Positions 28,138 through 37,902 of a DNA stretch of 64,000 nucleotides are shown piece by piece. Origin of the DNA: Escherichia coli (GTDB taxonomy: Bacteria; Pseudomonadota; Gammaproteobacteria; Enterobacterales; Enterobacteriaceae); assembly GCF_044324875.1 (NCBI RefSeq), contig NZ_CP172185.1; one strand, 5' to 3'. Position 1 is the stretch's first letter, and every line of letters begins with the position of its first letter. The notes under the pieces are model-generated. The model saw only the letters and a program-made list of their open reading frames with translations. It was not told where the DNA came from and did not search any database. Position numbers and translations under genes: made by a program.

Positions 28138-28695
28138 ATGGCTTCACGTGGCGTAAACAAAGTTATCCTGATAGGACATCTGGGGCAGGATCCGGATATC
28201 CGGTATTTCCCCAATGGCGGTGGCGTTGTGGCGAATCTGTCACTGGCGACCAGCGACACCTGGCGGGATAAACAGAGCGGTGAAATGAAGGAAGTCACTG
28301 AATGGCACCGCGTTGTTCTCTATGGAAAACTGGCTGAAGTTGCCTGCGAGTACCTGCATAAGGGGTCGCAGGTGTATATAGAAGGCCAGCTTAAAACCCG
28401 TAAATGGTTTGACCAGCAGAATGGTGTGGACCGTTATTCAACTGAGGTTGTTGTGGGCGTGAATGGTGTCATGCAGATGCTGGGTTCATCGCGTCAGCAG
28501 GGCGCTTCCGGTAATGGTGCTTCAGCACCGGCACAAGGGGGCCAGGGACAGCCGCCGAAGACGACCGGACAGACTGGTCGTGCTACCCGGACAACTTCAA
28601 CAGGTAATGGTGCTCCACCTGTGGACTTTGACGATGATATCCCCTTTATGGGGATCGGGTATGGCATGGAACGGCGAATTATTCATGCCATGTAA
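28138..28695 (+). CDS. ssb: Single-stranded DNA-binding protein with 15-aa extension past the DDDIPF tip
   Basis: OB-fold N-terminus [28 protein letters not shown]..., Gly/Gln-rich linker, ...DFDDDIPF followed by [15 protein letters not shown] before the stop. Confidence 0.9.
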   Translation: MASRGVNKVILIGHLGQDPDIRYFPNGGGVVANLSLATSDTWRDKQSGEMKEVTEWHRVVLYGKLAEVACEYLHKGSQVYIEGQLKTRKWFDQQNGVDRYSTEVVVGVNGVMQMLGSSRQQGASGNGASAPAQGGQGQPPKTTGQTGRATRTTSTGNGAPPVDFDDDIPFMGIGYGMERRIIHAM

Positions 28696-28741
28696 TATTA
28701 ACCATGGGGCGATACGCCCCACTTTTTTATCCGGAGGTTAC

Positions 28742-29734
28742 GTGAGTGAAAAAGTTAACAAAATCACTATGATTCATGACGGGGCGTTAAAGAAGACGCT
28801 TGAAGATCCCGCAGCAGTAAGGGACTTTCTTGAACAGGTCTTGACACACGATCAGATATCCCGCTGTAATCTTGATACAATAGAAGTTGAAAAGAATTCG
28901 TTCGTGACGGAAAGTTTGCGTCAGCATGCCTGTGATGTTTTGATCAGCATGAAGACAAACGACGGCAGGGACGGATACATTTATACCTTAATCGAGCACC
29001 AGAGTTCGCCGGATAAATTCATCCCGCTGCGTATGATGCGATATATCCTGGCTGTAATGGAGCAACATGTTGAAAAGCATAAGTGTGCACCTGTGGTGAT
29101 CCCCGTGCTGTTTTATCATGGTGCAGTGCGGCCATATCCGTATCCGCTGAACTGGGTGGATTGTCTGGATGACCCGGAGTACGGACGTGAGATTTATGGC
29201 GAGTCAAAGCCATTCAGTCTGGTGGATGTCAGTACGCTTGATGATGATGAAATTGAGCAGTATCGCCGGATGGCGGCGCTGATGTACACCATGAAGTCCG
29301 GAACTCAGGGTGATTTGATTGAGCTGATTGGTAAATCGATCACACTGACGGATAAGTATGGCAGCAGCGTTCACCTGAATACGGTGCTTACTTATCTGAT
29401 GGAACTTTACCAGATGGATGTTGCTGAACTTTTTGAAGCAATATCCACACACTATCCCAGCCACAAGGGGGTGATTATGACGATAGCGGAACAACTGGAA
29501 GAGAAAGGCCTTGAGAAAGGCCGTGCTGAAGGTCTTGCTGAAGGCCGTGCTGAAGGCCGTGCTGAAGGTCTTGCTGAAGGTCTTGCTGAAGGCCGTGCTG
29601 AAGAGCGTCAAAAAGCGCTTGCAGAAACCTATGCATCTGTCCGTCGCATGAGTGATATGGGGATGTCAACAGAAGTTATTAAGCAAGCTCTTCAGCTTTC
29701 TGATGAACAGATTCAGGAAGCGCTTAATAATTAA
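28742..29734 (+). CDS. Rpn/YhgA-like (PD-(D/E)XK transposase_31) recombination-promoting nuclease with internal (R/L)AEG tetrapeptide repeats
   Basis: GTG start 28742 after GGAGG; ...HQSSPDKFIPLRMMRYI... YhgA-like core; seven in-frame 12-nt repeats at about 29517-29600 encoding GRAEGLAEGRAEGRAEGLAEGLAEGRAEE. Confidence 0.65.
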   Translation: MSEKVNKITMIHDGALKKTLEDPAAVRDFLEQVLTHDQISRCNLDTIEVEKNSFVTESLRQHACDVLISMKTNDGRDGYIYTLIEHQSSPDKFIPLRMMRYILAVMEQHVEKHKCAPVVIPVLFYHGAVRPYPYPLNWVDCLDDPEYGREIYGESKPFSLVDVSTLDDDEIEQYRRMAALMYTMKSGTQGDLIELIGKSITLTDKYGSSVHLNTVLTYLMELYQMDVAELFEAISTHYPSHKGVIMTIAEQLEEKGLEKGRAEGLAEGRAEGRAEGLAEGLAEGRAEERQKALAETYASVRRMSDMGMSTEVIKQALQLSDEQIQEALNN

Positions 29735-29924
29735 CCTCACATCGTAATGATGTGGCAGAGCGCGACTGATGCGTCAGAATGCGTGATGCCCTGTGAACAC
29801 AGCGCCTGCCATTGTGCAGGCGTTTTTTTTGTCAACCGGAAATCAGTTGTTCATTGAGCCTCCCCTCACTTCTTCTGCAAATTGACCTCTGACTTTATCA
29901 CTTCACTGCAGAGGTAATTCCCTG

Positions 29925-30503
29925 ATGAAAATATCCCTTCTTTTTTCCGCGCTGTCTGCCTGTGTGTTGCTGGCGGGGTGCCAGAGTCCGCAAAAACTGC
30001 AGCAGAGGGCGGCTGCCGTCCCGGTACCGTCGGTGACAGTCAGCAACAATGTCCGTCCGGCAAATCCGGATGTGTACGCCGGTGCGGCGACACCGGAGGT
30101 GGTGCGTTATGACCGCTATCTGCTGGTTAACACGGCACCGGATACGGTACAGCGTGACCCGCTTTCCCAGGTGATTGACATCCGCATTCCGGCATCACTG
30201 AAGCCGACGGTGGCGGATGCGATGCGTTATGCCCTGAAACAGTCCGGCTACACACTCTGCGCCACGGGGCCTGCCAACGGTGTGCTCTACCGTCAGCCGC
30301 TACCGGCCGTGCAGTACCAGACCGGGCCGGTCAGACTGCGGAGCGCGCTGCAGATGATGGCGGGGCCGGCATGGCAGCTTGAGGTGGATGATGTGCAGCG
30401 CGTGGTCTGTCACAGTCTGCGTGAGGGTTATCAGTTACCGGCACGCCAGCTGGCGCCGGTACCGGCGGTGGTGAAGGTATCCGGTGCGGAGCAGAAAAAA
30501 TGA
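29925..30503 (+). CDS. pilL: PilL-like lipoprotein (type IV pilus/conjugation region)
   Basis: Lipobox LLAGC; position and size as in SPI-7/PFGI-1-type ICEs (recalled). Confidence 0.65.
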   Translation: MKISLLFSALSACVLLAGCQSPQKLQQRAAAVPVPSVTVSNNVRPANPDVYAGAATPEVVRYDRYLLVNTAPDTVQRDPLSQVIDIRIPASLKPTVADAMRYALKQSGYTLCATGPANGVLYRQPLPAVQYQTGPVRLRSALQMMAGPAWQLEVDDVQRVVCHSLREGYQLPARQLAPVPAVVKVSGAEQKK

Positions 30504-31279
30504 GTGAAAAGCAACAGGAGATATCAGCCGCTGCAGGTGGTTCAGGTGGCACCACACCGTCAGGAAGGGTGAAACGGCGTCCCTCTCCCGGTCTGTTCGC
30601 AGGGCTGGTGACGGTGGTGATGATGGCGATCGCGGTTGCCGGTCTGGTTCGTTATACGGGAGAGCAGGACAGGCGAATGACTGCGCTGGCGGTGCAGATG
30701 AAGGCGTATTCTGATGCGCTCGCCTTGTCCGGAACGGAACTGGTACCACTGAGGGAGAGGCTGGCTGAGACCGAAAAACAGCTGAAGAGTGTGGCGGAAC
30801 GTATTTCTCAGCTGGAAAAGCGTCCTGCACTGACGGAGGAAGAGCATGCGCGTACGGGAGAGATGGCCGCCAGCCTGGCATCACTGCAGACCTCACTGGC
30901 GCAACAGGGAGAAACGCTTCGCACGTATGAGCAGCGACTGGAGAAGGTGGAGAAGACTTCAGTCACCCCGGTATCACCGTCATCTGCGAAAGGCGCGGGC
31001 GGGACGATGAAGGGCACAGCGGCGGTTGCGCCACAGAAGAAACGAATGTCTGCCGGCGTGCCGGTGGTCAGTCGTACCGCGCCGTTTGTTCTGACCGGGA
31101 CAGAGCAGCGGGGAGGCCGTACGTATGCGGCAGTGGCCCCCCGTGGATTCAGCAGTCTTGCTGATGTGACGTTACTGGGTGAAGGGGAGAGCACGACAGG
31201 CTGGGTGCTTGAGCGTGCAGGACGTGGCGAGGCCACGTTCCGGGTGAATGGTCGTCAGGTCCGGGTCATGGTGGAGTGA
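30500..31279 (+). CDS. ICE membrane/coiled-coil protein
   Basis: TM segment GLFAGLVTVVMMAIAVAGLV, coiled-coil middle. Confidence 0.55.
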   Translation: MSEKQQEISAAAGGSGGTTPSGRVKRRPSPGLFAGLVTVVMMAIAVAGLVRYTGEQDRRMTALAVQMKAYSDALALSGTELVPLRERLAETEKQLKSVAERISQLEKRPALTEEEHARTGEMAASLASLQTSLAQQGETLRTYEQRLEKVEKTSVTPVSPSSAKGAGGTMKGTAAVAPQKKRMSAGVPVVSRTAPFVLTGTEQRGGRTYAAVAPRGFSSLADVTLLGEGESTTGWVLERAGRGEATFRVNGRQVRVMVE

Positions 31280-31283
31280 GAAA

Positions 31284-32003
31284 ATGAAGCTGAAAAGTCT
31301 GTCACTGGCGCTCATGCTGCTGTCCCTGCAGGCGATGGCCGCCGTACAGGAGAGTACGCAGCAGGGAACGCGCACCTCCTCATCCTCTCAGGTCAGTACC
31401 ACCACACAGGAACTGCAGCAGCAGGCCGGGCAGTGGGGACTCAGTGAGGAAGATTACCGGCGTTACCGTACCCTGATGGAAGGTCCCCGCGGTATTCAGT
31501 CTCCGGGGCTGGACCCGCTGACGGTACTGGGGATTGAAGCGCGGACGGATGCAGAGCGCAGGGTGCTGGCCGAAAAATGGGTTAAAGCTGAGTATGAACG
31601 CACTGAGAAGGAACTGGCTTTCCAGCGTGAAGTGAATGCCGCCTGGAAACGGTTGTATCCGGGGGTGATGCCGGTCAGCCTGGGGAATTCTGCCGGCATC
31701 GCCCGTGACACCGGGGGACGTCTTGCCCTGTTTGTCAGGTCGAAAGACTGCAGTACCTGTGATGCGCGGCTGGCCGCCGTGCTTTCATCCGGTCGTCAGG
31801 TGGATATTTACCTGGTCGACAGTCAGGGAAATGATGAAAAGCTGAGGCAGTGGGCCCGGGAGCACAGTATCCCGGCAGACCGTGTGCGCAGTCGCCACAT
31901 CACGCTGAACCATGACGGCGGTCGCTGGCTGCGGTTTGGGGAGGGGAGAATGCCGGTGGTACTTCAGCAGGGGGCTGACGGATGGCGCGTGGCAGCCTTC
32001 TGA
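31284..32003 (+). CDS. ICE periplasmic protein
   Basis: Signal peptide MKLKSLSLALMLLSLQAMAA; RBS-supported start. Confidence 0.55.
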   Translation: MKLKSLSLALMLLSLQAMAAVQESTQQGTRTSSSSQVSTTTQELQQQAGQWGLSEEDYRRYRTLMEGPRGIQSPGLDPLTVLGIEARTDAERRVLAEKWVKAEYERTEKELAFQREVNAAWKRLYPGVMPVSLGNSAGIARDTGGRLALFVRSKDCSTCDARLAAVLSSGRQVDIYLVDSQGNDEKLRQWAREHSIPADRVRSRHITLNHDGGRWLRFGEGRMPVVLQQGADGWRVAAF

Positions 32004-32638
32004 TGTCGCTGCTGCTGATGGCAGTCAGCATTCCGGCGGGGGCGGCGCTGCATGATATCCCGGAGGGATACGTGCGTGTGGCGGAACAGCATGGTGTTCC
32101 GGCAGAAGTACTCTATGCCGTCTCGCTGACCGAGACGGCCATGGTCCCCTCCGCCATTGGTGCTGTAATGAAAAAACGGAATGAGGATTACAGGGTACCA
32201 GCAGTGGCACGTCCCTGGCCCTGGACCATCAATGTGGCGGGCCGGGGATACCGCTATGCCAGTCGACTGGAGGCCTGGCAGGCCCTCCAGGTTTTTCTGA
32301 AACGATATCCGGCCCGACGGATTGATGTGGGGATAGCCCAGGTCAATCTGGGCTGGAACGGGCACCGTTTTGCGTCCACATGGGCGGCATTTGACCCGTA
32401 CACCAGTCTGAACACGGCGGCGGTCATCCTGAGAGAATGTCGCCGTCGCCATCCTGACAGCTGGCTGCAGGCTGCCGGCTGTTATCACCATCCGGCAGGC
32501 GGCGCACCCGCAGTACGCTACATCGCGCTGGTGAGGCGGCATATTGACCGCCTCCACCGTGATGCGGTCAGTACGTCAGGTGTGACTGCCATGAATCCCC
32601 GTTATATCCGGACAGAACCCCGGGAGTTAACCCCATGA
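32003..32638 (+). CDS. Lytic transglycosylase (SLT domain)
   Basis: ...LYAVSLTETAM... SLT catalytic motif; signal peptide; TGATG overlap with upstream stop. Confidence 0.75.
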   Translation: MSLLLMAVSIPAGAALHDIPEGYVRVAEQHGVPAEVLYAVSLTETAMVPSAIGAVMKKRNEDYRVPAVARPWPWTINVAGRGYRYASRLEAWQALQVFLKRYPARRIDVGIAQVNLGWNGHRFASTWAAFDPYTSLNTAAVILRECRRRHPDSWLQAAGCYHHPAGGAPAVRYIALVRRHIDRLHRDAVSTSGVTAMNPRYIRTEPRELTP

Positions 32639-33162
32639 AACGATTTAAACGATATGTCATGACGACCGCAACGGGTCTGTTGCTGTGCGCGGCTCAGGCC
32701 GGCGCGGAGCTCAGGGTGATTGCTGACCTTGGTGGCAGTGATGCCGGCAGGTTTTATGAAGCAATAAACCGCCAGGCGGACAGCGGAACGTCGTCGCCTG
32801 TCACGGCGCTGCTGCCGCAGGGGGAGAGTGCGATGCTGCCGGTGTCCACACCGGAAATGTCTCCCGGAGAGGTGACGCCGAGATCACTGCAGTTACCGGG
32901 GCTGGGGGCACTGTTCCTCGTGGGGGATGATGCACTCTCCCGTCAGTGGCTGCAGACGAATGCGGCCGCGCTGCTTGAAAGGAAGGCTGCCGGTATGGTG
33001 GTGAGCGTGACGAATGAGAGCGGTCTGCAGGCGCTGCGGGCGCTGGCTCCCGGTGTGATGATGGTACCGGCTTCCGGTTCAGCACTGGCCCGCCGTCTGC
33101 AGCTTGACCACTGGCCGGTGCTGATAACGGACAGTGGTATCAGCAGTGTGGTGATGCCGTGA
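32635..33162 (+). CDS. ICE periplasmic protein
   Basis: Signal peptide; ATGA coupling. Confidence 0.55.
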   Translation: MKRFKRYVMTTATGLLLCAAQAGAELRVIADLGGSDAGRFYEAINRQADSGTSSPVTALLPQGESAMLPVSTPEMSPGEVTPRSLQLPGLGALFLVGDDALSRQWLQTNAAALLERKAAGMVVSVTNESGLQALRALAPGVMMVPASGSALARRLQLDHWPVLITDSGISSVVMP

Positions 33163-33752
33163 TGCAGAGACAACTGACGGACCTGTTACAGGAAGGCACG
33201 TGGCACGGCATTCTGCTGTGCGTACTGGTCGTGCTGTTTCTGTTTTTTCCGCTCCTGTGGGGGCGATGCAGACGTCGTGAACGCGCCAGTGAGCGTCGTC
33301 ACCGCCGTTACCGCGCTGCGGCTGAACGTGTGCTGACAAAGCTGCCGGAAGGTGGGGCGGGTGTGAAATACCTGCGAAAAATTAACCCGTATGTGTTTGA
33401 AGAACTGCTGCTTCTGGCGTTTGAACGCAGGGGGATGGCGGTCATCCGTAACACACGTTACAGCGGAGATGGTGGCCTGGATGGTCAGGTGCTGATTGAC
33501 GGCGAGCGGTGGCTGATTCAGGCCAAACGTTACGGACGGACCATCCGTCCGTCACATATTGATGATTTTGGTGACCTGCTGCGCCGTGAAGGCTGCCGTG
33601 GATTTTTTATTCACACCGGTCGTACGGGACCGGCCAGCCGGGCACGGCTGGCGCTGTGGCCGGATATTGAGCTGGTCAGCGGGCAGCGTCTGCTGAAACT
33701 GCTGAACGGGGCATTGCTGCCGGATGAACTTACCAGAGGAGCGCGGAGATGA
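33159..33752 (+). CDS. Membrane-anchored restriction-endonuclease-like (Mrr_cat-type) domain protein
   Basis: N-terminal TM helix, then ...FEELLLLAFERRGMAVIRNTRYSGDGGLDGQVLIDGERWLIQAKRY... PD-(D/E)XK-like motif. Confidence 0.55.
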   Translation: MMQRQLTDLLQEGTWHGILLCVLVVLFLFFPLLWGRCRRRERASERRHRRYRAAAERVLTKLPEGGAGVKYLRKINPYVFEELLLLAFERRGMAVIRNTRYSGDGGLDGQVLIDGERWLIQAKRYGRTIRPSHIDDFGDLLRREGCRGFFIHTGRTGPASRARLALWPDIELVSGQRLLKLLNGALLPDELTRGARR

Positions 33753-34261
33753 TGACGGTAAAACGGATGTTTATGTTTTTATTCAGAATAACGATTGTCT
33801 GGCCATCCATGCTGACAGGATGCGTGATGATGCTGTATTTCGCGGAGGTCGCCGGCGGTGGTGTGGCGGGACTGGAGCAGCGTTACGGGGTGGAATCCGC
33901 CCGCTGGCGTGATGCGCCGGAAGGGATGGTGATGACAGCGCAGTGCCCGTCGCGTCCCTTTATGGCGCCTGTGAGTGCCGGGGAGTGGCGTGCACTGGCT
34001 GCATCTGATGATGAATGCAGCCAGGTTCCGCGCTCTTTCAGAGAAGCTGCAGAGGGCGATGTGCAGTCGCTGCGCAGAGTGGCACTGACACTTCTGCTGG
34101 CATCCGTGGTTCTGGAAGCGCTTTCAGCCTGCATTCTGCGCCGGGTAACGGCATCCGTCCGGGTATCACCACACTGTGGATATGGCTGCGGACGTGGTGC
34201 GGTGGCGCACTGGCCAGAGAGTCGCGTTCACGCTGCACCGGAGAAAGGAGAGCGGGTGTGA
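33749..34261 (+). CDS. ICE membrane protein
   Basis: Hydrophobic N-terminus; operon position. Confidence 0.5.
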   Translation: MMTVKRMFMFLFRITIVWPSMLTGCVMMLYFAEVAGGGVAGLEQRYGVESARWRDAPEGMVMTAQCPSRPFMAPVSAGEWRALAASDDECSQVPRSFREAAEGDVQSLRRVALTLLLASVVLEALSACILRRVTASVRVSPHCGYGCGRGAVAHWPESRVHAAPEKGERV

Positions 34262-35043
34262 ACGTTTCATTTACTGAACAGGTGCAGAGGGATATGCCGC
34301 AATGGGCGAATGACCCGTTACTGGCATGGGATGCCACCGCGTTTGCGGCAATGTCGGATTTTATTACAGAGCACTACTGGACGGGACAGGGCAGCATCAA
34401 TGTGTTCCGCATTGTGGGAACTGACCATCCACAGTATGCCGGAATGACCTGGCTGGAGCTGCTGGAGCGCGGTAACCGTATGGACATCAATATCCCGTTA
34501 CTGGAAAAAAATCCGGGATACTACACGCAGGCAGAGCAACAGCATGCCGGGATGAGTTTTGTCAGCACGGATGGCGTTGACTGGTATGTCAGTACAGACG
34601 GCAATCACCGCAGTTGCCTGGCACGCTTTCTGTTTCACCTGCAGGGGGAGGAGCGCACACAGCTTCACAACGTGGCACAGAGTATTTATCACACAGACCG
34701 GGCGTTCTGGTCTGCCTGCCGGGAAATCCACAACCTGACTGACGCGCTGTCCCGGCATGGTGTATATATCCGTCTGCAGATCCGACGGCAGTGTGTTGCC
34801 CGCGAAGACCTGGCCTGCTGGAAAGTGGACCGTTTCAGCACAGAGGCGCAGCTGACAGTGGATGACGTGCGTGCCGGCGGACATGATATGCCTGCGGTGT
34901 ATAAGACGTTGCTGCTGAATGCGGCAGACGCATGGCGTGAGGTGATGGTATTACAGCGCAGACTGGAGGCGCTGTCTGCATCACCGGGGAACGATTTGCC
35001 ACGCACATGGTGGCGACGTCTTTTACGGAAGGGGGACATGTAA
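34258..35043 (+). CDS. Hypothetical ICE protein
   Basis: GTG start 34258 after GAGAAAGGAG; frame chosen for coupling to traD (TAATG overlap at 35041-35045). Confidence 0.5.
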   Translation: MNVSFTEQVQRDMPQWANDPLLAWDATAFAAMSDFITEHYWTGQGSINVFRIVGTDHPQYAGMTWLELLERGNRMDINIPLLEKNPGYYTQAEQQHAGMSFVSTDGVDWYVSTDGNHRSCLARFLFHLQGEERTQLHNVAQSIYHTDRAFWSACREIHNLTDALSRHGVYIRLQIRRQCVAREDLACWKVDRFSTEAQLTVDDVRAGGHDMPAVYKTLLLNAADAWREVMVLQRRLEALSASPGNDLPRTWWRRLLRKGDM

Positions 35044-37160
35044 TGAGCAACCGCTATGTCATTGAGGCATTGCTGAGACCGGCTGTGGAGTTCAATACGG
35101 CAGTGGTGGCAGCAACAGCAGCATGTATCTGTGTGACAGCCCCCTGGGCGGTGGCGCTGGCACCCACCGTCAGTTACGCCACTGCCGGTGGATTTGCCCT
35201 GCTGGCCGTGGTGCGTTTCCGGCAGGGGATGAACATCATCCGGTATCGCCGTAATCTGCGCCGGCTGCCCCGCTATGTGATGAGTACACGGCAGATCCCG
35301 CTCAGCCGTCAGCGGCTGTTTCTGGGGCGGGGATTTCGCTGGACCCAGAAGCATACCCAGCGTCTCCAGGATACGCTGCGACCGGAGGTGGCACACTATC
35401 TGCAGCCGGGCGGACTTTACCGGCTGGCGCGCTGGCTGGAAATGAAAACGGAACACCGTCTGCCCGCGCTGGGGAAACTGCTCCGGCATGAGTCGTCGCT
35501 GAATCCTGTGCGTCCTCTGCCGCCGGTGGGGGGAAATCCCGCCCTGCATGGTATTGAGCCGGATGAACAGGATGTGACGCTGGCTCTGGGGGAGCGTGTG
35601 GGGCATACCATTGTCTACGGCACCACCCGTGTCGGTAAAACCCGCCTGGCAGAACTGCTGGTCACTCAGGATATTCGCAGGGGAGAGGTGACCATTGTTT
35701 TTGATCCCAAAGGTGATGCTGATCTGCTGCTGCGTGTCTGGGCGGAAGCACACCGTGCCGGGCGGGGTGATGAACTGTATATTTTCCATCTGGGATGGCC
35801 GGAAATTTCGGCCCGATATAATGCGGTGGGACGCTTCGGGCGTGTTTCGGAAGTGGCTTCCCGTGTGGCCGGGCAGTTGTCCGGTGAAGGGAACTCGGCG
35901 GCTTTCCGCGAGTTCGCCTGGCGGTTCGTCAACATCATTTCCCGCGCCCTGGTGGCACTCGGTGAGCGCCCGGACTACCTGCTGATTGTGCGGTATGTGA
36001 ACAACATAGCCGATCTCTATATCCGCTATGCCGGAAAGGTGATCCGCGAGCGCATGCCGGAACTGGAGCAGGCGATTGCGAATAACCAGAATGTGATCAG
36101 CGAGGAGGATGTTCCCCGCACCATGCAGAACCAGCCGGATGCGGTACGTATCTGGTCCATCGAGATGGCCCTGAGCAGTGAGGAGGGTAAAAAAATTTAC
36201 GATCCGATCCTGGACGGGCTTCGCAGTGCGGTCCGCTATGACCGTACCTATTTTGACAAAATCGTGGCGTCCCTGCTGCCGCTGCTGGAAAAACTCACCA
36301 CGGGCAGGATCGCAGAGCTGCTGGCACCGGACTATCTGGACATGAACGATGCGCGACCGATTTTTGACTGGGAACAGGTGATCCGTAAAAAGGCGGTGGT
36401 CTATATCGGCCTGGATGCACTCAGCGACAGTGTGGTAGCCAGTGCTGTGGGGAATTCGATGTTTGCGGACCTGGTGAGCGTGGCGGGGCATATCTACAAG
36501 CACGGCATGCATGCCGGTCTGCCCGGTAAGGGGGAAGGCAAAAATGTGGTGAACCTGCACTGCGATGAGTTTAACGAACTGATGGGGGATGAGTTTATTC
36601 CGCTCATTAACAAGGGGGGCGGTGCCGGTATGCAGGTCACCGCGTACACCCAGACATCGTCAGATATTGAAGCGCGTATCGGTAATGCAGCCAAAACGGC
36701 GCAGGTTCAGGGAAACTTCAACAACATGATCATGCTGCGTGTCAGGGAGAACAGGACGGCAGAGCTGCTGACCACACAACTGCCTCAGGTGGAGATCTAC
36801 ACCAAGACGCTGGTCTCCGGTCACCAGGATACGGCGGACGTGTCTGCCGGTCAGGATTTCACGTCCAGCACCCAGGATCGTGTCGGCACGGTGAAGGTAC
36901 CTCTGCTGGAGCCGTCAGATATTGTCACCCTGCCCAAGGGACAGGCGTTTGCCCTGCTGGAAGGGGGGCAGCTGTGGAAAATCCGGATGCCGCTGCCGGC
37001 AGGGGATACGGATGACGTGCTGATGCCGGAGAACATTGCCCGGGTGGCAGAGGCGATGAGACAGAACTATCACACCGGTGAAGGATGGTGGAATGAGCCG
37101 CCGTCAGCGCAGGCCGCCGGAACAGATGAAGGAGGCGGATATGGCGGAAGCGCGTCGTGA
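35043..37160 (+). CDS. traD: Type IV coupling protein TraD (ICE type)
   Basis: Two N-terminal TM helices; Walker A ...TIVYGTTRVGKTRLAEL...; about 700 aa. Confidence 0.85.
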   Translation: MSNRYVIEALLRPAVEFNTAVVAATAACICVTAPWAVALAPTVSYATAGGFALLAVVRFRQGMNIIRYRRNLRRLPRYVMSTRQIPLSRQRLFLGRGFRWTQKHTQRLQDTLRPEVAHYLQPGGLYRLARWLEMKTEHRLPALGKLLRHESSLNPVRPLPPVGGNPALHGIEPDEQDVTLALGERVGHTIVYGTTRVGKTRLAELLVTQDIRRGEVTIVFDPKGDADLLLRVWAEAHRAGRGDELYIFHLGWPEISARYNAVGRFGRVSEVASRVAGQLSGEGNSAAFREFAWRFVNIISRALVALGERPDYLLIVRYVNNIADLYIRYAGKVIRERMPELEQAIANNQNVISEEDVPRTMQNQPDAVRIWSIEMALSSEEGKKIYDPILDGLRSAVRYDRTYFDKIVASLLPLLEKLTTGRIAELLAPDYLDMNDARPIFDWEQVIRKKAVVYIGLDALSDSVVASAVGNSMFADLVSVAGHIYKHGMHAGLPGKGEGKNVVNLHCDEFNELMGDEFIPLINKGGGAGMQVTAYTQTSSDIEARIGNAAKTAQVQGNFNNMIMLRVRENRTAELLTTQLPQVEIYTKTLVSGHQDTADVSAGQDFTSSTQDRVGTVKVPLLEPSDIVTLPKGQAFALLEGGQLWKIRMPLPAGDTDDVLMPENIARVAEAMRQNYHTGEGWWNEPPSAQAAGTDEGGGYGGSAS

Positions 37161-37902
37161 TGCGGAACGCAGCCCGCAGTCCCGGGCGCCCCGTCAGCAT
37201 GGTCTGCTGTACAATCTGGTGTGGGGCTGGCCGTGGGCACTGGTGGGGCTGATTTTATCCTCCCTGCTGCTGAGTCTGTTGATTGAGTATGCCGGTATGA
37301 CGTTTTTCTGGAGTGAGGAGGGGGCGGCGCACAGCCGCGCTGTCATGAACACGGAGCTGGGCTGGCTGTCAACGGAGTTCACCCGCAGTCTGCTGCTTTC
37401 CGCGCCGGCAGAAACGGTGCCTGCGTGGATTTCCGCCGCGTATCAGTGGCTGTTTGTGGACAGTGGCATGCAGACATGGCTGCATGCACAGCAGGCGGGG
37501 ACGGCGGCAGGCAGAAGCGTGTCTGAATTCAGCAGTGAGCTGAGTCAGTGGCTGGCTTATCATCTTCATGACTACCTGCTGGCGACGGTGTATGTGACGG
37601 TGGTGACGATGGTCAGGGTGGTTATTCTCGTCCTGTCCGTTCCGTTGTTTGTGATGGTGGTTCTGGTGGCCGTTGTGGAGGGGCTGGGGCGCCGTGATTT
37701 GCGGCGTTACGGCGCGGCTTATGAGTCCAGCTTTGTCTATCATCATGCAAAAAAATCAGTCAGACCGGCGATTTATGTCCCCTGCATTATTTACCTTTCC
37801 TGGCCCGGCGCGGTATATCCGAACCTGCTGATATGGCCGGCGGCCATGCTGCTGGGACTGGCGGTTACCGTGACTGTGGCATCGTTCAAAAAATATCTCT
37901 GA
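37141..37902 (+). CDS. ICE integral membrane protein
   Basis: AGGAGG RBS, ATG 37141; multiple TM helices. Confidence 0.55.
   Translation: MAEARRDAERSPQSRAPRQHGLLYNLVWGWPWALVGLILSSLLLSLLIEYAGMTFFWSEEGAAHSRAVMNTELGWLSTEFTRSLLLSAPAETVPAWISAAYQWLFVDSGMQTWLHAQQAGTAAGRSVSEFSSELSQWLAYHLHDYLLATVYVTVVTMVRVVILVLSVPLFVMVVLVAVVEGLGRRDLRRYGAAYESSFVYHHAKKSVRPAIYVPCIIYLSWPGAVYPNLLIWPAAMLLGLAVTVTVASFKKYL

Noticed and set aside
28463-28741. Upstream extension of the Rpn-like ORF (start at 28463, 423 aa) overlapping ssb
   Set aside because: It would overlap the 3' third of ssb in another frame; a GTG at 28742 with a GGAGG RBS right after the ssb stop gives the expected Rpn-like N-terminus.
34689-36560. 623-aa minus-strand ORF, and similar long antisense ORFs (40479-41612, 44051-44809, 44941-45546, 50801-51679, 39190-39915)
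   Set aside because: They lie antisense to genes with strong motif support (TraD Walker A, VirB4-like ATPase and others) in GC-rich DNA where stop codons are rare; Arg/Pro/His-rich low-complexity composition.
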